Virus record (IMG/VR): IMGVR_UViG_3300032030_002802
Coordinates: 32,001-96,000 of that record
Reading direction: 5' to 3' (one strand)
DNA length: 64,000 nt
Source: a virus
Taxonomy: Duplodnaviria > Caudoviricetes
Notes under the pieces: model-generated
Databases searched by the model: none
Told to the model about the DNA's origin: nothing
The model's input: the letters and a program-made list of their open reading frames with translations, nothing else
Program-made: the position numbers and the translations under genes
In this document: piece by piece, positions 51,368-60,750 of the stretch
How the letters are laid out: every line of letters begins with the position of its first letter
How positions within the stretch are numbered: the first letter of the stretch is position 1

Positions 51368-53445
51368 CGTCGCCTCCCCTGCCTGCGCGGAGCCTCGCGA
51401 GCTCTCCCCTTAGCATCTCGCACCTGTCGCGGAGGTCGGCGATCGCGATCTTCGCGAAGATCACCCGCAGCATCACGAGGGTCACGAGCGACCACATCAC
51501 GGTGGCGGCGACGTTGTCGGCGCAGCCCGAGACGAGCATTCCGAGCGAGGCTATGAGCGCGGCCGCGGCGAGGGCGATCCAGTCCAGCATGTTGGCGATG
51601 GCTCGTATCGTATCCATGTCAGTCCTCCCCCCGCGGCGGGTGTTTGAGGCAGCCGGGCGTCTCGCAGCGCTCGCACCACTTCCGCCTCGGCTCTGCCGGG
51701 TCCGGGCGCAGGTCCACTCCGTACTTCGCCTTGAAGCCGAGTGCGATGACCTCCTTGATCGTGTCGTTGTTGAGCCGACTGCACAGCTCCTTCTCGTCGT
51801 ACTCGTACTCCGGGTCCATCAGCTCGTAGACCTCGTCGTCCTGGTTCTCCGCCGCGTCCACCAGCGCGGCGAACAGTATGCGCGCGAACTCGATTTCGAC
51901 CTGCCTGGTCAGTTTCTTTGCCATTGCCTCTTCTCCTCTAGTTTCTCCTCTCGACTATCCGCCACGCGCGGATCCCGTCCGGGCCGGCCACGTTCCGCAG
52001 CTCGTGCGTCCGCATGAACTCGTCGAACCGCATGAGGCAGCTCTTCATGTCGTTCCCGGCAGCGCACCCCCGGTCGGCGTCCCACCTGGGGCAGTGGGCC
52101 GGGCAGTAGAGCTCGCTCATGACCGTCGTCACCGCGTCGCGGAACGTGTAAGTGTCCATCCCGCCGTCGTCGGGGTCGACGTAGCGCCAGAGGGCGGCCG
52201 ACAGCCTCCCGCAGTGCTCGTGCGCCTTCCAGGTGTACACCCGCCCGTCGAACTTGTTGCTCGCCCGCACGTACCTGTCCCCGCGGTGTATGACGTGCCC
52301 GCAGTAGTCGCATACGTGCGGCTTGCGGGCACGCAGGGTCGACGACCGGATCGTCTCGACCATCACTTCCTCCCGCGCGAGAGGACCTCGTTCGCGTCCC
52401 TGAGCCACTCGTCGCAGTGCTCGACGAGCGTCCCGGGCGCGCTTATTCCGTCCTTCTGCGCAGCGAGATTGGCCATCACGGTGCGCAGCGTCGAGATCAT
52501 CGGCTGCGCCTTCCACACCAGGTCAATTGCCTTCACCGGTTTCATTTTCCGCGGCTCCCTTCCTTTGCGGCTTTCGCGGCCTTGGGCTTTACTGGTTTGT
52601 AGATCTTCCGCAGTTTGTATTTCTTGAGCAAGTACTGTAGCCTGCGACACGCCAGGCCCATCCACCACGCGACGGAATCGTCGCACTGGCAGAGCAAGTT
52701 CGTATTCGCCTCCTCCAGCATTCCGTAGACCTCGAACAGGTCAGCCCGCATGTCCACGCCATCGTATGCCACGTCCTTGTCCGGCGTGGAGCAGACGGTC
52801 AGGGCCAGCATCACGCATAGATCGAGTCCTTCGTCAATTGCTTGCCACCACGAGCTCCGCTTGCTATCATCGTATTTGAGGGTCTTTTCAGTCCCAGTGA
52901 TGCCGTTCCGCTGCATTACTTCGTTCAGCGTCATCAGCACGTTGGCCGGGGCGTAGAACCTGCCCTCGCGCAGCACCCGCTTGGCACGGTTTCTAGTGGA
53001 GATGCCGATCTTCATCCTCTGTTCCTCCTTCTGGCCTTCTTGGCCGCCTTGTTGCGTCTGTTCCGGCGTTCCTGCGTCTTGCGCTTGTGCATGTCCCGGT
53101 TTCTCTGCCCGTGCTTCCAGGGCGAGTCCATCCCGAAGGCGTCCGCCACCATCTCCATCGGCGTGCCGCGCCAGTCGGGCGGTGCGGATGCCTGCGAGAC
53201 CGGCATGTCCTGGAACTGGCTGATGTCCAGCGACGGGCAGGGGCCGGGGTCGCATGGCTCCATCGCTATGGTCGGCTCTGTGTGCATGGCCTACCTCCTG
53301 TTGCGTTTGCGGGCTTCCTTGGCCGCGTCGCGCCTTGCTTTCGCTCGTGCGCGGCGTCCGCGCTCCAGGCGTGCGGTTTCCGGGTCAACGTACGGCTGCG
53401 GCGTTCTGTGCACCAGGCCAGTGCGCCCGTCGACGTAGAAGTCGG

Positions 53446-54678
53446 TCATGCCTGCGCCTCTGCCCGACCCGCCGCGTCCGCCGCGTCCGCCGCGTCCGCC
53501 GGCGTCTGCGCGCCACTGTCGGACGTCCCGGTCTGCACGGCCTGCGCGGCCTGTTCGGCCGCCACCATCGTGGCTGTGTCCGGTTCCAGGCTGAGCAGCC
53601 GGCCGGTGTCGCGGGCCTCCGCGATCTCTCGGTCCACTGACTCCTTCACCTCGTGGAGAAGCTCGGACAGCTTGAACTGGCTGTCCTCTATCCGTTCGTC
53701 CTCGAGCGTCGGGATCGTGCCGATGGCCTTCTCCACCGTCTCCAGCGTCAGGTCGTCGTCCTTGTAGATCCAGTCGGCGACGTAGTAGAGCTCCCTGCTC
53801 CCGCGCAGCGTCCCGAAGAGGATCGGGTCGCGGCGCCGGTGGCGCTCGCGCTCGTCGACCTCCTCCTCCAGCAGGCGCACCGGATCCACGTTTGTGGAGT
53901 AGTACATCACGACGTAGTTGTCGAACAGGAGCGCCAGGTTGCACTCCGCGATCTTCGCGCCGACGTCGGCCGGGATCACCTCCGGGTAGTACCGCAGGAA
54001 CTCGACCTGCACCCCGCGCTCGGCCTTCGTCATGAACTCGATGGCCTGGTCCTCCGTCAGGTAGCGGCACATGCCGCGCTGGGCGAGCGCCAGTTTTGCG
54101 GCCAGCACGTCGAGATGGTCCCTGACCTTCTTGGCCATTGCGAATTGGCACGTCTCCTCGAAGCGCCTTATGAGGGCGCCAGCGATCGCACGGCTCCTGA
54201 GCAGCTCCTCGGTTGTGACGACGATCTCCCTGTCCTTGGCGAGGCCGAACGCGTCCTCCACCGAGATCGGCATTTCCTTCCGGGACACCAGGCGCTTTAG
54301 CCAGGCGGCGGTCGACCTGACTGCGGACATGAACGGGCTGTTTCCGCCCTTCTCGCCGCTGGTTATGTGCCCGGCCTTGAGGGCTACGTACCGGTTGCGG
54401 TTCCACTTCGCGGCTTTCGCGGCCTGCAGGTCCGTCTCGCGCAGGGCCACGCCCTCGCCCGTGTGCCATCCGGGCACGATCGCAGACGCAGAGCTTTCGA
54501 GGGCCATGATGTCCTCGGCGGCGGCCTTCGAGTCGTCCCCGCCTCCCGGCTTGGCGAGCAGCCTCTTGAACTTCGGGAGGTCCTCCTCGACGAAGTACTC
54601 CTCGAAGATCTTCAATTTCGGCTTTCCGTTCACCAGCGTGATGGACGGATGCCGGTCCCACTTGATTCTTTTTGCCAT
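53446..54678 (-). CDS. Hypothetical protein, paralog of 36680-37888
   Basis: FDNYVVMYY...RRRDPILFGTLRGSRELYYVADW...DDLTLE. Confidence 0.75.
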   Translation of the reverse strand: MAKRIKWDRHPSITLVNGKPKLKIFEEYFVEEDLPKFKRLLAKPGGGDDSKAAAEDIMALESSASAIVPGWHTGEGVALRETDLQAAKAAKWNRNRYVALKAGHITSGEKGGNSPFMSAVRSTAAWLKRLVSRKEMPISVEDAFGLAKDREIVVTTEELLRSRAIAGALIRRFEETCQFAMAKKVRDHLDVLAAKLALAQRGMCRYLTEDQAIEFMTKAERGVQVEFLRYYPEVIPADVGAKIAECNLALLFDNYVVMYYSTNVDPVRLLEEEVDERERHRRRDPILFGTLRGSRELYYVADWIYKDDDLTLETVEKAIGTIPTLEDERIEDSQFKLSELLHEVKESVDREIAEARDTGRLLSLEPDTATMVAAEQAAQAVQTGTSDSGAQTPADAADAADAAGRAEAQA

Positions 54679-55052
54679 GTTAATCCTTGTTGTTTAGAGT
54701 TCTTGTTCGGACATTCTGTCGATGTCGTCCTGCGACATGACCTGCAAGCTCGCGCGCTCGATCTGGACCGTCGGCCGCAGCCGGTCCGCGGTGTCGTCCG
54801 GCTCGTCCTGCGCCTCAGCGGTTTTCTCCAACGGGCTCATTCTGGATCCTTTCGGTTTTGTTCGTCTCGGGGTGGACTAATTTGGACGAATCTTTGCTGG
54901 ATTCGTCCACTTGCTCGTTTTCCCCTTTGTTTTCAAGGTTTTCGCCTGGACTAATCTGCATGACTTCGACGCGGATTAGTCCACGCGCCTCGTCGGCCAT
55001 GCCAACCGCCAGCCATTGTTCGTCATCCGTAGTCATTTTCTGTCATCCATAG

Positions 55053-55712
55053 TCATTTCCTTCCGTCGTTCGCGACGCCTTTGCACGGGTCTCTCCACCC
55101 GCCTGTCTTTGTAACCACGCGCGCAATCTGCTGTATGAACTCGTCCTCCCAGAGCGGGCAGTCGTCCGCCCCGATCACGTTGTACGCCGTGCAGCCCTGC
55201 TTGTACAGGGCGCACTTCGCGCAGTACCGCCCGACGACCACCGGCCGGTCTGGGGTGAACACGGCCGCCATCTGGTACAGGCTGTCGCACCCGAACCACG
55301 TGGCGAGCTGGAGCGGCGTGAGCGGGCTGAGCGTCCGCAGCGCCCGGTGCATGTAGTCGGAGCACGGCTCCGGCATCGACGTGCGGGCGTACAGCGCCCG
55401 CATCATCTTCAGGAGCGGGGCCGCCACGCCGTCGTTGTCCGCCGAGAAGCGCCACCACGCCATCGACGCGAGGTGCAGCCGCATCGGCTCGTCCGGGACC
55501 CTGCGCAGGAACGCCACGCACCGCGCGACCGAGCACTCGTCGGACTTCCGGGCGCGGCGCAGCTTACGCCCGGCTATTCGGCTCATGGACGCCTCGACCG
55601 CCTTGCGGCAGTTCATGCAGCGCGTCAGGGTTCCCGGACATACCGGACTGTCCGACGCGTCCGCCACTGTCTGATCTAGTTTCTCTGGCATTGCCTGTCT
55701 GTTCTCCTGCAT
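55053..55712 (-). CDS. Cys-rich hypothetical protein
   Basis: ORF just downstream of a TGATATACT element; start codon uncertain. Confidence 0.55.
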   Translation of the reverse strand: MQENRQAMPEKLDQTVADASDSPVCPGTLTRCMNCRKAVEASMSRIAGRKLRRARKSDECSVARCVAFLRRVPDEPMRLHLASMAWWRFSADNDGVAAPLLKMMRALYARTSMPEPCSDYMHRALRTLSPLTPLQLATWFGCDSLYQMAAVFTPDRPVVVGRYCAKCALYKQGCTAYNVIGADDCPLWEDEFIQQIARVVTKTGGWRDPCKGVANDGRK

Positions 55713-55735
55713 GTTATTTTGCACGACCGGGGGTT

Positions 55736-55765
55736 AGTATATCATAAATCCGCGTACATGTGCTA
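55736..55765 (-). promoter_or_regulatory. Extended -10 promoter
   Basis: TGATATACT in an intergenic gap; weak -35. Confidence 0.55.
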
Positions 55766-56791
55766 GATTTTGAGCGTAAATGTTGCCGGATCAAGCCCGG
55801 CGGCCGTGCACGCGTCCAGGATCTGCGACCACAGCTCCGTGCGCGGGGTCTCGCCGGCGTCCTTGTACCCGCGCAACGCCACCGCGACCACGTCCACCGT
55901 CGGGGCGAACATCGCCTTGGTGCGCTCGATGTCCTTCTTCGCGTCAGGGTCCAGGAGCAGTATCACGTGTCTCCAGTACTGCTGCAGCAGCCCGACCTGC
56001 GTCTCGCTGACGGCCTTGCCGAACGTGGCCACGCCGCACCTCCCCACGCGCACGGCGTCGAACACGCCCTCCGTCACCACCACCGTGTCCGACCCGCGGG
56101 CCCCGTCGAAGTTCCACAGCAGCTCGCGCTTGTCCATCCCCGGCATTGTGAAGTACTTCGGCGGCCGCACGTACTTCCCCTTCTCCGCGTCCCACTTGAA
56201 CCCCATCATGGCGCACCTGGAGTCGTCGACCTTGTCGGGGTCGTACAGGAGGCGCGCCTGCCATCCGATGAGCCTGCCGTCCACGGTGACGGGCGCCACG
56301 ATCGTGTTCGTGGTGCTGAACACGCCCTTCGCGAACTTCCTCCCGGAGCCGCAGTAGCACAGGCCGAAGTCGCGCCCGGCCTCGCGGTGGTCGAACCCGC
56401 GCGCGGCGAGGTACACCGCGGCGGGGTTGTCCGGCCCCACCGCGGCGAGCGGCACTAGCGCGCCGGGGTCTATGTAGCCCATGTCGCGCCTGACCTTCTT
56501 CGCGGGGGCCGTCGTCATCGGCAGCTTCTTGCCCAGGAGCTTCCTGACGGTCCCGGAGCAGCACCCGCGCCAGCACTTGTATATGCCGCTCACGGCGTTC
56601 ACGGAGAGCTTGTGCTCGCCGCACACGTAGCAGTCGCAGATGAGCTCGAGGCCGTTGTGGCCCTGCGAGCGGGTGACGTGGCCGAACCGCCTCTCGAGCT
56701 CGGCCTCAAGCTGGTCGGGGTCGGCTATGCGCCACTTCCTGCGGTTCTCGTCCAGCCCCAGCATCTGCGCCACCATCGCGTTGAGGTCCAT
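55763..56791 (-). CDS. DNA primase (Zn finger + TOPRIM)
   Basis: CYVC...YKCWRGCC, VTEGVFDA, LLLDPDA and KDAGE. Confidence 0.88.
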   Translation of the reverse strand: MDLNAMVAQMLGLDENRRKWRIADPDQLEAELERRFGHVTRSQGHNGLELICDCYVCGEHKLSVNAVSGIYKCWRGCCSGTVRKLLGKKLPMTTAPAKKVRRDMGYIDPGALVPLAAVGPDNPAAVYLAARGFDHREAGRDFGLCYCGSGRKFAKGVFSTTNTIVAPVTVDGRLIGWQARLLYDPDKVDDSRCAMMGFKWDAEKGKYVRPPKYFTMPGMDKRELLWNFDGARGSDTVVVTEGVFDAVRVGRCGVATFGKAVSETQVGLLQQYWRHVILLLDPDAKKDIERTKAMFAPTVDVVAVALRGYKDAGETPRTELWSQILDACTAAGLDPATFTLKI

Positions 56792-58263
56792 TACACGGAC
56801 CCCCCTCGGCAGTAGTGCTCGGCCGGGTCCTCGCGCTCGATGCGGGCCATCGTCCGGAGGCACTGCTCCTTCGACGACCACAGCCGCAGCGACGGGTTCT
56901 GGTAGATCATCTCGCGGTTGCCGGCGAGCGACGACTCGCGGGCCTTGAAGCAGCTCACGACGATCTGCCTGTCGGTCTCGGACACCTTGGCGGACGCGGA
57001 GCCGTCCATCGTCACCGCCTGCTTCTGCACGTCCAGCGCGGGCCGCGCGAACGCGATGCCGAGGTCCAGGTAGTTCTGGATCGCGGTGGAGTCGGCGATG
57101 TCCTCCGGGCCGAGCACCTCCTTGGTCTGGGCCTTGCGGTTCACCTGCTGGGCCGTCCACACGATGACCCGGTGCTTCTTGGCCAGCTTGCCGAGCGCCT
57201 GTATGGCGAGCGCGATCGGCTCGTCCGAGCGGCTGTTCTTCGTGACGCCCGGGACGGAGGCCATGTCGATGTACTTCAGCCAGTCTATGCAGACCAGCGC
57301 GAGCTTGTCCTCGGGTATCCCGCGCTCCGTGGCCTGGCGCTTCCACGAGGCTATCGCGCGGTCGATCTTCTCGATCGTCATCAGCTCCTTGTCGGACTTG
57401 TCCAGGATCGAGAACCTGTCCCAGTAGATGCACTCGCGGCTCGTGAGCGCCCTGAACCGGTCGGCTGCGCTCTTCGGCCACATGGACAGCGGCCTCTCGT
57501 ACAGCCCTATCGGGTAGTAGCCCATGATCGACTGCCAGCGCTTGCGGATCATCTGCTTCGGGTTCTCCAGCGTCATGAACAGGCTGTGCAGGCCGACCGC
57601 GTTAGCGTTAGCCGCGAAGTTGATCATGCCCACGGTCTTCCCGAGCCCCGACACGGCCACTAGCAGCGCGACGTTGCCGCGCACGAGGCCGCCGCCCATG
57701 TTCGTGTCCAGCCACTGGATGCCCGTCGCGACGCGCGGCTCCGGGTTCTCCATGCTGGCGAGGTCGACCTCGCAGCCGCTCGATATCTCGTCGGACGCGT
57801 CGACGCCGCACACGGACTTGGCGTCCTCGTTGGCGACGTTCATCGCCTCGACGGTCTGGCTCGGGGTCCAGCCGTTCTCCTGCGCGAGCCTCGCCACCTG
57901 GCGGATGCGGACTGTGGACAGGAAGTCCGGCAGCATCGCGCCTATCCGGACTATCTCCGACGCGGGCAGCCCGCGCCCGACGCGCTCGACCAGGTCGGCC
58001 ACGGCCGGGAACACGGCCATCTCCGGCTTCGTCGTGTACGTGAACTGCGAGTCCCCGCTGCACGCGAGCTCTATCTCCTTGGCGATCGTGTCCATCGTCG
58101 GGAGCATCCCGTGCCGCTCGCTGAACTTGCTCACCACGTCGAACACGAACCGGGTCGCGGGGGCCGAGAAGTCGGACACCCGCAGCTTCCACCCGGCGTG
58201 GCACTGGGCGTTCGTCGCCCACGCAATGAGGATGCGCTCCTCGTCGTCGCGGCTATATGCCAT
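56791..58263 (-). CDS. DnaB-like replicative helicase
   Basis: ATGIQWLD..GGGL, AVSGLGKT, TLEN, CIDWL, TAQQVNR and KARES. Confidence 0.9.
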   Translation of the reverse strand: MAYSRDDEERILIAWATNAQCHAGWKLRVSDFSAPATRFVFDVVSKFSERHGMLPTMDTIAKEIELACSGDSQFTYTTKPEMAVFPAVADLVERVGRGLPASEIVRIGAMLPDFLSTVRIRQVARLAQENGWTPSQTVEAMNVANEDAKSVCGVDASDEISSGCEVDLASMENPEPRVATGIQWLDTNMGGGLVRGNVALLVAVSGLGKTVGMINFAANANAVGLHSLFMTLENPKQMIRKRWQSIMGYYPIGLYERPLSMWPKSAADRFRALTSRECIYWDRFSILDKSDKELMTIEKIDRAIASWKRQATERGIPEDKLALVCIDWLKYIDMASVPGVTKNSRSDEPIALAIQALGKLAKKHRVIVWTAQQVNRKAQTKEVLGPEDIADSTAIQNYLDLGIAFARPALDVQKQAVTMDGSASAKVSETDRQIVVSCFKARESSLAGNREMIYQNPSLRLWSSKEQCLRTMARIEREDPAEHYCRGGSV

Positions 58264-58834
58264 CGATCACCCCCATCTTCCGCTCGAAGGCCTCCATCTT
58301 CGACGCCATGGCGGCGCGCAGGAACCTGACGAGGTCGCGATCGGCCCGCAGGTCCTCCAGCGCCTCCTCGCCCCACTTGGCGACGATCTCGTCCGGCATC
58401 TGCTCGGGGTACAGCACCCGGAACCACGCCGGGAACTGCGCGTTCAGGGCTGTCGCTAGTATGGCGTCGTCCGACTGCCCGGTCGCCCCCTGTATCCCGA
58501 TCACCAGCCGCACGAAGTACCCCCACTTCCCGGCCGCGTCGACCTTCTTGTCGCGCCTGTGTTCGTTCCAGATCTGCTGCGCGCGGGCGGTCAGCAGGTC
58601 GTGCGGGGTCAGCGCGTCGCTGTTCTTCGGGAACCTCTCGACGACTGTCGCCACGAACCGCTCCACGTCGCATCCGGCCTTCGCGCACTTGTCCGCGACC
58701 TTCAGGAACACCTTCCACGACCGGTGCTCCGCATATCTCTTCCTAGGCCAGTCGACGCCGTGGGCCGTCCTCCGCGTGCCGTAGTACGCGTCGAACGCCC
58801 TCATGGCGTCGGCATACTGTTGTTGCCCATCCAT
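58253..58834 (-). CDS. Hypothetical protein between the two helicases
   Basis: MDGQQQY start with AAGGAG. Confidence 0.65.
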   Translation of the reverse strand: MDGQQQYADAMRAFDAYYGTRRTAHGVDWPRKRYAEHRSWKVFLKVADKCAKAGCDVERFVATVVERFPKNSDALTPHDLLTARAQQIWNEHRRDKKVDAAGKWGYFVRLVIGIQGATGQSDDAILATALNAQFPAWFRVLYPEQMPDEIVAKWGEEALEDLRADRDLVRFLRAAMASKMEAFERKMGVIDGI

Positions 58835-60360
58835 GGCAGCTCCTTTTCGCTCTCTAACTGTATCTGCTCGAACCCGAGCTCTGTGTATATCCTGGCGCGC
58901 GCCGCGTCGTCCCTCGCGATGGGGCCCATGGTCGGGCGGCCGGTCTTGGGCGACTTCACCGTGTCCCAGTCGTGCCGGAACTCGACGATGTACGACCCGT
59001 CCTTTCCGTCGACCTTGCGGCTGGCGCGTCCGGGGACCTGCTTCGCCACGATCTCGCTGCCCCCGCCGCCGAGGTTGACCACTATGCGGAGGTCGGCGAA
59101 GTTGACGCCCTGCTTCCACACGTGCGTCGAGACGGCCTTGCGTATCGCGCCTGTCTTCATGCGCTCGTATATGTCGCGGCGCTCCTTCGGCGACACGGCG
59201 TGGACGTGCCAGAACGAGGTCGGCGGGAGCTTGGCCGGGTCGGTCTCCGCGTGGCACTGCTCGAGCGTCACGCCGGCGTTCGCGCAGCCACGCAGCACCT
59301 GCTCCATGTGCTTCACGAACTGGAGCATCCCGAGCGCCTGCAGGCCGTCCGGGATCCCGGCGAATATGCGGCCGACCATGTCGTTGAGCGCCCGGTTGTT
59401 GTAGACGCCCCACCTGTACCGCTGGTCCCGCGTCTTGTAGCGGGCGTAGTTGTCGAGGCCGATGTTCGGCTCCGGGCACCTGACCCACAGCACCTTCGTC
59501 GGGACGAGGCAGCCGGCCTTCACGCCGTCCTGGTACGAGAACGTCGCCACGATCGGGCCGAATATGCCCTCGGCCACGATGTCCTTGCCGTCGAACCTGC
59601 CGTCCGGGGTCGCCGACACGCCCCACCTCCGCGCCTTCGTGAACCTGCGCAGCTCGTCAGCCCGCGTGTCGGACGCGGCCGTGTGCATCTCGTCGACTAT
59701 CAGCACGCCGACGTCGTCCGCGTCCAGCTTGTGCAGGGAGTCCAGCGTTATGACCTGGATGTCGTCCGACACCTTGCTCCGGCCGGACATTATCAGCCCC
59801 ACGTCGCGGTCCGGCAGGAGCTCGGTCAGGTCGTCGAAGTTCTTCTGCGTGATGTCCTTGTCCGGGACGGCCACGACGATCGTCGGCGTCCCGCGCATCA
59901 TCAGGGCCTCGTGCGAGTAGGCGTTGCAGAGCGCCTTTATGACGTGGGTCTTGCCCAGCCCGGTCGCGCCGCTGAGTATCCCGCCGCCGCTCATCAGCAT
60001 CCTGTACACCAGTTCGTACTGGTACTCGCGCAGCCCGGTCATCGCCTTCGCGATGTCGGGCGGCGGCATCGGCGTCCGCTTGTCTACGACCTCGACCTCG
60101 TAGCCGCACTGCTGCAGGTGGTCCTTGCACCGCTTGGCGAACCCCGGGTCGGTTACGCACGACTGGACGACCCTGCCATCCGGGCCGGCCGCGGTCTGCA
60201 GCCGGTACAGGAGCGTGTTCGTGTACTTGAGCTCGCGCTTGTGCGTGCGCTCGTTGGTCTCGAACCGCTTCTTCCAGTAGTGCAGCTTCGCCAGCAGCGT
60301 CTCGGGAAACGGCGTGACCATCACGAAGCCGTCTCCCAGAAGTATGGTAGATTTCTCCAT
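58801..60360 (-). CDS. SF2 DEAD/H helicase (UvsW-like)
   Basis: LREYQ, GATGLGKT, VDEMH, SATP and QVPGRASR. Confidence 0.92.
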   Translation of the reverse strand: MEKSTILLGDGFVMVTPFPETLLAKLHYWKKRFETNERTHKRELKYTNTLLYRLQTAAGPDGRVVQSCVTDPGFAKRCKDHLQQCGYEVEVVDKRTPMPPPDIAKAMTGLREYQYELVYRMLMSGGGILSGATGLGKTHVIKALCNAYSHEALMMRGTPTIVVAVPDKDITQKNFDDLTELLPDRDVGLIMSGRSKVSDDIQVITLDSLHKLDADDVGVLIVDEMHTAASDTRADELRRFTKARRWGVSATPDGRFDGKDIVAEGIFGPIVATFSYQDGVKAGCLVPTKVLWVRCPEPNIGLDNYARYKTRDQRYRWGVYNNRALNDMVGRIFAGIPDGLQALGMLQFVKHMEQVLRGCANAGVTLEQCHAETDPAKLPPTSFWHVHAVSPKERRDIYERMKTGAIRKAVSTHVWKQGVNFADLRIVVNLGGGGSEIVAKQVPGRASRKVDGKDGSYIVEFRHDWDTVKSPKTGRPTMGPIARDDAARARIYTELGFEQIQLESEKELPWMGNNSMPTP

Positions 60361-60381
60361 AGTGCCTTTCGATGGGGGTGT

Positions 60382-60410
60382 AGTATAGCAAAAAACTCCC
60401 GCCGTGTCAT
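60382..60410 (-). promoter_or_regulatory. Sigma70-like promoter of the helicase-primase operon
   Basis: ATGACA-17 nt-TATACT with extended TG; same boxes as 18592-18620. Confidence 0.7.
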
Positions 60411-60705
60411 CCGGCTTTCCCGGGTCTTACGGCTCCTCCACGCCCTCCTCCTCCCGCGCCTCGGCCTCCAGCTGGCTCAGCTCCTCGTGTATGCTGTCCA
60501 GCCAGCGGTTGACGTTGCCCCTGCGCGTGGCCCGGCTGCGCTCGTACCCGTTCAGCGCGTTCAGCCTTTTCCTCCGCATGTCAGGCGGCAGCTTGTAGTT
60601 GTCGCGCAGCCTCTCGCAGAATTTCATCTCGTCGTCGATGTCCCGCAGCACGGAGTCAACATTGCACCTCTCAAACGTCCTCATCTCGTCTCTCCTTGAA
60701 GAAGG

Positions 60706-60747
60706 CGCCACCCGCCCGGCGTTTCCTAGGCCGCCGGGCGGGGGCGC
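60706..60747 (-). terminator. GC-rich stem-loop after sbcC (possible terminator or RNA stabiliser)
   Basis: GCGCC-A-CCCGCCCGGCG / CGCCGGGCGGG-GGCGC inverted repeat; only a weak TTCTTC tail. Confidence 0.45.
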
Positions 60748-60750
60748 ACG

